Below are positions 25,911 through 34,735 of a DNA stretch of 64,000 nucleotides, piece after piece. The notes under the pieces were generated by a model. It was given only the letters and a program-made list of their open reading frames with translations, had not been told where the DNA came from and searched no databases. Location of the stretch: IMG/VR virus record IMGVR_UViG_3300023179_004149, positions 62,001-126,000 of that record. One strand, 5' to 3'. The position numbers were made by a program, and so were the translations under genes. Position 1 is the stretch's first letter. Each line of letters begins with the position of its first letter.

Positions 25911-28399
25911 TATAATTTAAGTTGTGATGTTGTAGATGTAATCTCGCTTAAATATGTTTGAGTTGGTTTATCACCTATATTTAATGTTACATTTATAGGT
26001 ATAAATATATTCTTTGAATTATCGTCGTTTTCGATTCCAACTCTTAATTTACCTTTGATTGTAATTTTTTTGGTATTTAACATTGCCTGAAGAATCTTAT
26101 ACCCAATATTATACTTCAATGAAAAATTTAATTCACCGCCTGGTGTTACATTTTTATCACCTGACACTGTTAAAATGGTGTCAAAAACATAATCCCTCAC
26201 ATCAAAAATATTTAGGTTATTTTCGGTATTTGAATTAAAACCATCGTTTGCTTTAAGTTTGACAACCTCGACATCTAATTCACTTAATATTTTAGCATCA
26301 ACTAGATTAAAATCATTGTTCTTCTTATATATTAAGTTTAAATAACTTGACTTATAAACTGGATAATTCTCCGTTGTAAAGTTGTCATTCACATATTTTA
26401 AAATTTTAGATTTAAATATATCTTTGGTATCAAATTGTAATATGTTTGTTATCTCATTAACTATCATTTTATATTTATTGATGTCACTTTTCTTTATTTC
26501 ATTATAACGAACTAAAAGATACTTTTTAACGTCTTCCATTCTTTCAAAATTATTATATGTGTAACCCAATAGAATAAATAATTTAGCTAACGAAAGATAA
26601 AACCCAGAACCACCAACGAACTCTGCGGCCCAATGAATACAATTGTTGTTTTCGTCGTATTCCACACATTTAGTAAAGTTATATTGAAACATATCGTAAA
26701 TCGCCCTGGGGTTGTTTAATATCTGCTCAAATACATCAACCTCAAAAAAAAGATTTTTTGATAACGCCCATACATTATCAGGTGTTTCGATTATGATTGA
26801 ATCTGACGGCGAAAGGAACGAGTTAACCTCAGCATCTAAAATAGAATTATCAATTACCGTTAGTGCCTCGCACAATATTTGGTCTTTATAGATCGTATTA
26901 GTTGCTGTGTTACCACTAATGATTGAGTTATCTAACCCAATAACCATATCAGTAAAATCAACAGAAGATATTTTCCAGTTAACCGTATCGATATTTTTTA
27001 TTTTAAAATCAATAATATTATTAGAATACCCAGTGTATGTTTTATTTATAACAGGTAATGTAATCGTATTTTTATTCAAACAGAAAAAAGTAAGATAATT
27101 ACTATAAATTGTGTTGATATAATCGTTATATTTTTGAACCAACCCCCCAGTATAGCTCAAGAAAGTTTCATCTTGAGTGAACGATAAATTAAATATATTA
27201 TAATTTATATTAGTATTATCGACTTTATAATAAACGTCACGTATTATATTATTAATTGTAAAATTGAATGGATTTAATGGTGGTGGTGCTGGTTGTGGTA
27301 GCGTTGCATCTACTGGTTTTTTGTTGACGACCCTAAACTCATCAAAATATCTATCAAATGCGAATTCATATAAGTCAAATCCATTCCTGATTAAATCGTA
27401 TGAATTAGTTGTATAGTCATATTCGGCCATCCTATAAGTTTTAGTCGAATAGTTAAGCATATATTTTATGTACAAAGATTCTTGTTTAAAATCGCTGGAT
27501 TTCTGAAACCATTTCTTACTTGTTTCAGATGTCGATGATGGTATTAATGTTATCTTTTTTGCGTTTAGCGCATCCCAAAAAGAAAACTTAACGTACAAAT
27601 CAGTATATACACTGGTATTTAAAAAAAATAAAGAAAACCCATCACAACCATTGGTTAACACAAAACAGGGCCTTTCAACCAGAATATCGTAATTTGATGG
27701 TTTCTCATTTAAATTATATCTTTGGTTTACAAATACAGGTACAGATATCAATCTTTTTTGTTTAAAGTTATCTGGTGAATCAAATATCTCCATTAATAAT
27801 AATGAGTTATAAAAATATGGTTTGTTCTTATATAATAATGCGTTGTCTTTCCAATCGTTGTTGTTATTCCAAAATGGAATCGTAAATGAATTATAAAAAA
27901 CAGGTATACCTGGTTTAACTGGCTTTTTAAGGTTAGCCTGATCCACCTCATTAAACACAGCCATACCAGAATCTGTCAGTACTGTTTTGTTTAGTTTATT
28001 CTTATCACCGTCTTGAGCGGGTGCCCTTAATAAATTATCTTGACGTATATCCAAATAGCTATTATATGCGACGTCTGGCAAAGTACCGTCGTTATTTAAT
28101 AACCCCAAACCAATCTTTGTATTTTTGTAATGTTCTTTAAAATAATATTCGATGTATGGTAAAATATTATTATAGTCTTCAGTTTGAAAATAACGTAAAA
28201 AAAATAAATTAAAATTAATTACTTTTGATCTTTCGGGTTTAAATTCAACAACCTCAGCATCAGTGATACTATTAATTACGTTGTTAGTTGTTAAATTCAG
28301 TAATTTATTATTATAGGAATCCCTATCGGATGAATAGTCTTCCGATAATATTAGATTATTAATATTTTTATCGTTATCGTTTATTGATATTGTTAACAT
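25910..28399 (-). CDS. hypothetical protein (probably structural)
   Basis: 829-aa ORF in the operon; no motif recognised. Confidence 0.5.
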   Translation of the reverse strand: MLTISINDNDKNINNLILSEDYSSDRDSYNNKLLNLTTNNVINSITDAEVVEFKPERSKVINFNLFFLRYFQTEDYNNILPYIEYYFKEHYKNTKIGLGLLNNDGTLPDVAYNSYLDIRQDNLLRAPAQDGDKNKLNKTVLTDSGMAVFNEVDQANLKKPVKPGIPVFYNSFTIPFWNNNNDWKDNALLYKNKPYFYNSLLLMEIFDSPDNFKQKRLISVPVFVNQRYNLNEKPSNYDILVERPCFVLTNGCDGFSLFFLNTSVYTDLYVKFSFWDALNAKKITLIPSSTSETSKKWFQKSSDFKQESLYIKYMLNYSTKTYRMAEYDYTTNSYDLIRNGFDLYEFAFDRYFDEFRVVNKKPVDATLPQPAPPPLNPFNFTINNIIRDVYYKVDNTNINYNIFNLSFTQDETFLSYTGGLVQKYNDYINTIYSNYLTFFCLNKNTITLPVINKTYTGYSNNIIDFKIKNIDTVNWKISSVDFTDMVIGLDNSIISGNTATNTIYKDQILCEALTVIDNSILDAEVNSFLSPSDSIIIETPDNVWALSKNLFFEVDVFEQILNNPRAIYDMFQYNFTKCVEYDENNNCIHWAAEFVGGSGFYLSLAKLFILLGYTYNNFERMEDVKKYLLVRYNEIKKSDINKYKMIVNEITNILQFDTKDIFKSKILKYVNDNFTTENYPVYKSSYLNLIYKKNNDFNLVDAKILSELDVEVVKLKANDGFNSNTENNLNIFDVRDYVFDTILTVSGDKNVTPGGELNFSLKYNIGYKILQAMLNTKKITIKGKLRVGIENDDNSKNIFIPINVTLNIGDKPTQTYLSEITSTTSQLKL

Positions 28400-30087
28400 T
28401 TTTTATCTTGATATTTAGTGAATGGTTTTATTTTTTCAATATCAAGATTTGTTTCCAAACCAAGATTATCCAATATGTCCGTTAGCTCACTAATGTACTG
28501 GCTACCGTCTTTTGATGTAATATCATTGATATTGAGGGTGTATTTTTTGGTTAACCTTTTTTCACTGGTAACAAAAAATTTTATATCGTTGTGTACATAG
28601 AAGGATCCGTTCGTAAAGGGAAAATCAATTAAAACACCATCCTCGTTTGTTGTACCTATATCGTAAAATTCACGCCATATCCACTTTTGTTCTTTTCTAC
28701 TATAAACCGCATAATCGGGTATCCCTAATAAACTATCACTACTATCAATATATGCCGATTTTAATTTTATTTCTTTTTTAAAAAATGGGTTATAATGAAA
28801 TAATACATCTCTGTGTATTAATCTATGTTTAAAATAACAAATCTCGGTTTCAGTTAGTTGCTCTGTACTATATTCACATATACTATGGAAAAATCTATCA
28901 CCCATCTTCACCACCTGACCTGGCTTATTGTTGCTGGTTATTTGTTCTATACCGTCACCCACTTCAACAAACTCGATATAACGATCCACATGGCTCTCGA
29001 CATTTGAATAAGAAGAGTTTATCGCCCCGTTTTTGATAATACCAATATATAATTCAGATATCGGTTGATTCAGGTGGTTTTTGTAATTACCGATATTAAT
29101 GTCCTTAGTTGAAAACCAGTTTTTTATTAGTGTGTTATAGTTATTTAATGAAAAACCACAATCATCAATTTCATTAATGATATCGATGACCTCAAGGGTT
29201 TTTATATAATATTCTAATTGTTCTTTCTCAACCACTTTGGATACCGTGTATTCGGGTTCAACAAAAGGGTATATTTTAGGTCTTGGTTTATTAATAATAT
29301 CAGGAGCATCATCAGCTTTTAGCTTAAGATTACGCACGGGGAATGTCGAAGCGTCTGTTAACTTTTTAACAACACCGCCAGAACCAGATCCTTTATTGAT
29401 TACCGTACCTAAGTTAACAACCGCCGTAGCATTCTCTGTTTGTTGGGTTTGGTTTATAAATACTCTAATATTATTAGGGTAATCTATCGTTATTTTATTT
29501 AATCCGATTTCAATTACGTTATATATACCATCTGGTAAGTTTATATTTTTACTTTTTATATTTACTTTATCACCAACTTTAAAGTTATGACCCAAGGGGA
29601 AAAATAAACCCACATTTTTTGCCTTAATACCGTTAAAATATGTTTTTGCTGGTAAACCGTTTGTAAGATCCAAATAAAATTTAGTAGTGCCGCTGGACGT
29701 TCTATTATTTATCACTTTAACACCCTTGATGTTAACGTCCATACCACTTGCATTTTTAATAACTGTAGGAACAGATCTTAAAATAACCACCGACCAGTTT
29801 CTTGTGTTTATTTCAAATAAGGTTTTATCCATATTTATTTTCTGTGGTCCAGCGGTTGTTTCATTATACACATCAAAACAATATATAGGATCTATCTTAC
29901 CATACATCCTAAATGTTGAGGCTTGGTTTTTTTCCGTGTCGTATTGGGTAACTTGAGATATGTTATAAAACAAATTATTCTCATACATGATTTTATTTGG
30001 TTGATCAAGTATGATGCGGCTATTTATGTTTGTATTAGATGACCCAACGTATTTTTTATTACCTATTACTTCACTTATGATATCCAT
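28393..30087 (-). CDS. hypothetical virion protein
   Basis: 564-aa ORF containing a GHNFKVGDKV beta-barrel-like segment common in phage tail proteins. Confidence 0.5.
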   Translation of the reverse strand: MDIISEVIGNKKYVGSSNTNINSRIILDQPNKIMYENNLFYNISQVTQYDTEKNQASTFRMYGKIDPIYCFDVYNETTAGPQKINMDKTLFEINTRNWSVVILRSVPTVIKNASGMDVNIKGVKVINNRTSSGTTKFYLDLTNGLPAKTYFNGIKAKNVGLFFPLGHNFKVGDKVNIKSKNINLPDGIYNVIEIGLNKITIDYPNNIRVFINQTQQTENATAVVNLGTVINKGSGSGGVVKKLTDASTFPVRNLKLKADDAPDIINKPRPKIYPFVEPEYTVSKVVEKEQLEYYIKTLEVIDIINEIDDCGFSLNNYNTLIKNWFSTKDINIGNYKNHLNQPISELYIGIIKNGAINSSYSNVESHVDRYIEFVEVGDGIEQITSNNKPGQVVKMGDRFFHSICEYSTEQLTETEICYFKHRLIHRDVLFHYNPFFKKEIKLKSAYIDSSDSLLGIPDYAVYSRKEQKWIWREFYDIGTTNEDGVLIDFPFTNGSFYVHNDIKFFVTSEKRLTKKYTLNINDITSKDGSQYISELTDILDNLGLETNLDIEKIKPFTKYQDKKC

Positions 30088-32390
30088 TAGATAGAATAAT
30101 TTGTTTCTATATCATATAATGAATTAGCCCCTTTCCATACACCAAAGTAATAGAATCGACCATTATATGAGTTATTATCGTTGATTGTGTTTAATATTGT
30201 ACCACTTTGATTATAAATTACGCCATCCTCTTCAATATAAATTTCAGTATCTTCTATTTGTTGTGATAAATTGATCGGTGCAATATCAACATTAGATAAT
30301 GAACCTTTGTTATAAGATGAGTATACTTGATATTTAATCAAATCTGGTAACTGATCGGTAACATCATAAACACCGATTCTCATTAACGGTATTTTACCGT
30401 TTAGTTCGGTACAATTTAAAAATACACCGAAAGTATTATACGGACTAATTGCCTGGGTATATGGTTTTTGTACTTTAAATGAATTAGCGTTTGAATCTTT
30501 CAATTGTGAAATAGCAACAGCATATAGGGTTGGTGTGAAATTCGTTTCGGAGTTATCACCGTAGTTCCAAGTATTATCAACACCAAAGGAACTAGTACCC
30601 TCATTCCATAAAAAATCTTCAATCTTAAATGTATTTATGAACACATCACCCATATTGAATCCATTTTGTGTTTGTACACCTATACCAAAATATTTCTCAC
30701 AATCTAATAAAGTATGTGAATACGTGCTCGTAAAATAAGGATCAGATGGTTCATTTAATAATCTATTAGCTACATATAAAGAACCATCAGATGTGCCGCT
30801 CGGTTTATTTTTAGATTTAGTTCCATCATCACCCCAAACAGAAAATCTCGGTACAAGGATTGAACCTATTATAGTTGGTACGTCATAGTTTACAACATTA
30901 TCGAGCGTCAACGGAAAATTCCAATAATTTGATGATTTAGCTGGATTAAAGCGTGGTAAATAACCTATGTAATCCCCATCAACCAAAACATCATCAATAT
31001 TATGTTTTGTATGTTCAACAATAACAGTATAAAACTTTCTTTTTCGGTTAATTATATCATATTCAAACAAAGCCCCCTCTTGGTGCCAACCACCTAAATC
31101 AGGATCACCAGTGTTTGATGCTGGTATCCTTACACCAGGTAATACTTCTTGGTTGAAATAACCCCATGCCTTTCTTCTACCATTCCAAGCCTCATCGGTA
31201 TCATATATTTCAAAAGCATAATATCCTTTTGTTGGTATACCGATGGTCGTATCTTCAGTTTTAACTAGATCACCAAATTCATTGGTAACGTAGTAATCTT
31301 GATACATTGGTAGTGTAATTCTAAACACACCGTTATACTTGGAACCAGTAAATACACCAACACGTTTTTTTATTGGTTTATTAATATCATCAATTCTATA
31401 AACAACAATTTCCATTTGCTGAAACGGATAAATATCACCAGAGAAATTGTTTGCGTTATCATATCCAGGTATTTCGTAATTTAGAGTTGTATTGTTAAAC
31501 GCTGAAGAAAATTTATATGATGGTTCTATTGTGAACGCACCACTCGGTGAGTGAATGTAACCAAAGAATATAGCAGATGGTGTATATTTAAAGTTAATTC
31601 TAAAATCACATCTCGATATACCCACATCACAAGCATCTTCATCACCCCAGAAAGGCGATACCATTATCTGTTTTACCTGATGAAACACATTAGGCATTTC
31701 ATCAATATTAGTCTTAACTTCCACCTCAAAATTATTACTACCTTTGTAGATAAAACCTGGTATTTTATTAGATACTGTTGTTTCAACACCAGTTGCCGTT
31801 TCCAGAGCTTTAATTACCTCAGCTGATGTTAACTGCTCAACAAGATCGTTAGCTGTTAAATCAAAAGACAGTGTGTCAAATACATCAAAATCCATTACCA
31901 CATTTTGATTACCTAGTGGCACACCAAAAATCATATAATCACCAGATTCGTTTGTTATAGTCGTGTATTTATAATACTTTTCCATTATCTCAACATATTG
32001 TGGGTAATGGGTGAAATCTGATTCGGTTGGGAAATTACCTATCGCTCTATGGCTTGGATTATTGCTGTTTCTTATTCTTGGGAATAGATTGTACCTTACA
32101 CCATTAGGAAACGTATCATTAACCGTTTGGAATGGATATAGTTGTGTTATTTCATCCTTGGTTTGGTCGTCAGCTGTTATGGGAACAAACACGCTCACTT
32201 TCGCATTTTGAACACCAAATCCGCTGTTTAACATAACACGCCCCACTATGACACCATAATCAGAACAAACACGAGAATACACATCAGAATTGGTTATTTT
32301 CAAACTCAATATTTCAATGTTATCAAATTCCTGTTCAAGGTTTACTCTAATTACTTTATCATCATTTTTTAAATCTACTGGTATTCTCAT
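30087..32390 (-). CDS. hypothetical baseplate-associated protein with N-terminal transthyretin/carboxypeptidase-regulatory-like beta sandwich
   Basis: GVIVGRV...GVQNAKVSVF...TNESGDYMIFGVPLG pattern. Follows the gp6-like gene. Confidence 0.55.
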   Translation of the reverse strand: MRIPVDLKNDDKVIRVNLEQEFDNIEILSLKITNSDVYSRVCSDYGVIVGRVMLNSGFGVQNAKVSVFVPITADDQTKDEITQLYPFQTVNDTFPNGVRYNLFPRIRNSNNPSHRAIGNFPTESDFTHYPQYVEIMEKYYKYTTITNESGDYMIFGVPLGNQNVVMDFDVFDTLSFDLTANDLVEQLTSAEVIKALETATGVETTVSNKIPGFIYKGSNNFEVEVKTNIDEMPNVFHQVKQIMVSPFWGDEDACDVGISRCDFRINFKYTPSAIFFGYIHSPSGAFTIEPSYKFSSAFNNTTLNYEIPGYDNANNFSGDIYPFQQMEIVVYRIDDINKPIKKRVGVFTGSKYNGVFRITLPMYQDYYVTNEFGDLVKTEDTTIGIPTKGYYAFEIYDTDEAWNGRRKAWGYFNQEVLPGVRIPASNTGDPDLGGWHQEGALFEYDIINRKRKFYTVIVEHTKHNIDDVLVDGDYIGYLPRFNPAKSSNYWNFPLTLDNVVNYDVPTIIGSILVPRFSVWGDDGTKSKNKPSGTSDGSLYVANRLLNEPSDPYFTSTYSHTLLDCEKYFGIGVQTQNGFNMGDVFINTFKIEDFLWNEGTSSFGVDNTWNYGDNSETNFTPTLYAVAISQLKDSNANSFKVQKPYTQAISPYNTFGVFLNCTELNGKIPLMRIGVYDVTDQLPDLIKYQVYSSYNKGSLSNVDIAPINLSQQIEDTEIYIEEDGVIYNQSGTILNTINDNNSYNGRFYYFGVWKGANSLYDIETNYSI

Positions 32391-32393
32391 ATT

Positions 32394-34211
32394 TTAAAAG
32401 CCTGTTACTTTTTGTGTAACAGGTATTATCGTTATATCATTTTCTGGGTATTTTATTTGTAAAAGCTGTTCAGCACCAACATTAATAGCCCCGTTAGATA
32501 AATCAATTTCATTTGTAGTGGTGTTGATTATTTGTGTTGAATCTAATGATGATGATGAATATTCTCCACCAACTTTATTAAATGCTTTAATATAATTCAC
32601 ATTTAACACACCTGGGACCTGAGTTATCTTTTTTATAAGAGCACCAGTTAAATAACTTTGTCCGAGTTGTTGATTAGTCTGAGCAAACTCAGATTTAAGT
32701 ATGGTTACTATATTAGATATGGCACTAACCTGAGAACCAGATTGCGTTAATATAGATATTTCAAAGCCAAGATTTATTACCTGTGCTGGCCTTGTAACAA
32801 CGTAGTCATTGATCATTCGGTATCTCGATACATAGTTCGCTATGTTTTGTAATATTACCGATGAAACCATCTCAGTGGCTAAACCATTAACATCGTTAGT
32901 TAAAACAGAAACGTTAATTTTATTTTGTGATTCTGTCACCGCTACTTTTGTAGGTACACCGTATTTAGCTGGCATACCCATAATAATTGATTTATAGTCA
33001 TTCAAGGTCACGGCCCTGTTTTGAGCGGCAAAGTTATATGCTATATAATTCCTGAGTTCTTCAATTGAAGGAGCGTCAGAACCACCAATAGCTGGGGTTA
33101 CGTTTGTTACTGTTAACGAACCCTGAACAATAGCATTTGTTTGCGGATTGGGACCCGTTATTCTCATAGCAACCTGACCAACCGTATTGATTGTACCAAC
33201 ACCAACATTTGTTCCTGTACCACCACCAACTCTATATTTAACATACATCGTTGTATTATTTAATGGTGCCCAACCTAAACTGTTATTATTAACGAAAGAT
33301 TTTAGATCAAATATACCCGCTGTGGCAAAAGTATCTAATATATCAAGACCTTGACTTACTTGTGAACCGAATGTGAGTGTACAAAATCCATTAGGTGCGT
33401 ACTCTTTTATGAACCTACGATCAACTTTAATGTAATCCCCAGGATATACACCGTTGGTATCGGGTATCGAATCTTGGTTTTCAACAAATACGTTATCTTC
33501 CGCCAACGAATTTACTTCGTACCATTTATTTACTGACCCGTTAAACTCGGTTAACGTAGGTAATGTTTGATAGTTAACACCATTTTTATGGATAACCGAC
33601 TCAATTGATAGTACATTATTTTCTGGTAATGTTATTTGATAGAACGGTTGTGTGTTTCTAATAACTTGAGTATATATTTTAGTTGTACCCGCTATCAGTA
33701 TAGCTGTTTTTGTAATAGTATAGGCACTTAATATACCGTTTACATAAACGGGAATTTTGGTTCTATCCACATTATTAGAAATGTTAAAGTTTGAAGCAAA
33801 GTCGACATCGTATAATAATTCAAACGTTTGATCATCAGTCAAAAATTGAGAACCAGCGTAAAGTAATGGTAAGTATCTTTTATCTTCCGCATCCCCTCTT
33901 ACTGGTACTTGAATTGATAATGTCGCAACAGCGACACTTGCTGATGAACTAGGTAGTTTAAGACCATAGGTTTTTGCTATATTAAACAATGATTGCCTTT
34001 CCTGCGCGTAATCCAAAACCGTTTCCTGTAATGAGCGGTCGATATGAAATTGTAAGTTATCGGCAATAGCAGCATTCAAATCAAGAAATACTGAAAGTAT
34101 TGAAGCATCATTGTAGTTTTGAACAATACCTGGGTAATACTGTTTAATATAATTTATTTGAGATTGTTTTAACGACGCGAAATCTCTCTGTGAATAATTA
34201 ATCGTTGCCAT
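32394..34211 (-). CDS. baseplate wedge subunit (T4 gp6 / baseplate J-like)
   Basis: RDFASLK, YRVGGG..NV and GGSDAPSIEELR...AQNRAVTLNDY. Confidence 0.88.
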   Translation of the reverse strand: MATINYSQRDFASLKQSQINYIKQYYPGIVQNYNDASILSVFLDLNAAIADNLQFHIDRSLQETVLDYAQERQSLFNIAKTYGLKLPSSSASVAVATLSIQVPVRGDAEDKRYLPLLYAGSQFLTDDQTFELLYDVDFASNFNISNNVDRTKIPVYVNGILSAYTITKTAILIAGTTKIYTQVIRNTQPFYQITLPENNVLSIESVIHKNGVNYQTLPTLTEFNGSVNKWYEVNSLAEDNVFVENQDSIPDTNGVYPGDYIKVDRRFIKEYAPNGFCTLTFGSQVSQGLDILDTFATAGIFDLKSFVNNNSLGWAPLNNTTMYVKYRVGGGTGTNVGVGTINTVGQVAMRITGPNPQTNAIVQGSLTVTNVTPAIGGSDAPSIEELRNYIAYNFAAQNRAVTLNDYKSIIMGMPAKYGVPTKVAVTESQNKINVSVLTNDVNGLATEMVSSVILQNIANYVSRYRMINDYVVTRPAQVINLGFEISILTQSGSQVSAISNIVTILKSEFAQTNQQLGQSYLTGALIKKITQVPGVLNVNYIKAFNKVGGEYSSSSLDSTQIINTTTNEIDLSNGAINVGAEQLLQIKYPENDITIIPVTQKVTGF

Positions 34212-34631
34212 TTAGAATGTTAGTGTTACTATATCTGATGATTGGAATGTACCAGATGTTATTGTATAATCTATACTTACCGTTACAGTATGTCTTTTTT
34301 GATCGTCCCCTGTGTATTGTGGGTCATCAAAAAATTGAGTAATGGTTATCTTATTTATTTTAAGGTTAGGTATATACCTATTCACCGCATCATTGATCTC
34401 ATTTTCAATGTTGTTTTTTACAATTTCATCCAGTGGTTCAAATATATACTGATATAAATTGGTACCAAAATCAGGTAAAAAATAACGACTACCCTTTCTC
34501 GTCAATAACAAGTGAACCAAATTAGATTTGATTTCCCTTTCTGGTATCTCAGTCAAATATAAAAAATCACCATTTGTACCGTCTTTAAAGGGAAAATTTA
34601 TTCCGTAGGTTTGTTTTCTGATGTTATTCAT
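34212..34631 (-). CDS. baseplate wedge subunit gp25-like
   Basis: IKSNLVHLLLTRKGSRYFLPDFGTNLYQYIFEP is a gp25/GPW motif. Confidence 0.9.
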   Translation of the reverse strand: MNNIRKQTYGINFPFKDGTNGDFLYLTEIPEREIKSNLVHLLLTRKGSRYFLPDFGTNLYQYIFEPLDEIVKNNIENEINDAVNRYIPNLKINKITITQFFDDPQYTGDDQKRHTVTVSIDYTITSGTFQSSDIVTLTF

Positions 34632-34647
34632 CTTAGTTATTTTATCA

Positions 34648-34655
34648 ATAAATAG
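34648..34655 (-). promoter_or_regulatory. CTATTTAT phage promoter-like motif heading the baseplate operon
   Basis: Lies just downstream of the nrdJ terminator and 17 nt upstream of the gp25-like ATG. Confidence 0.65.
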
Positions 34656-34680
34656 TAAGAAAGTCTGTTTTTTTGTAAAT

Positions 34681-34707
34681 AAAAAAACCTGGCTCGGGCC
34701 AGGTTTT
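34681..34707 (-). terminator. Rho-independent terminator after nrdJ
   Basis: Coding strand AAAACCTGGC-ccga-GCCAGGTTTT-TTT: GC-rich stem plus U-tract. Confidence 0.85.
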
Positions 34708-34735
34708 ATTTATCTTATTTATTTTAGTTCTTAAA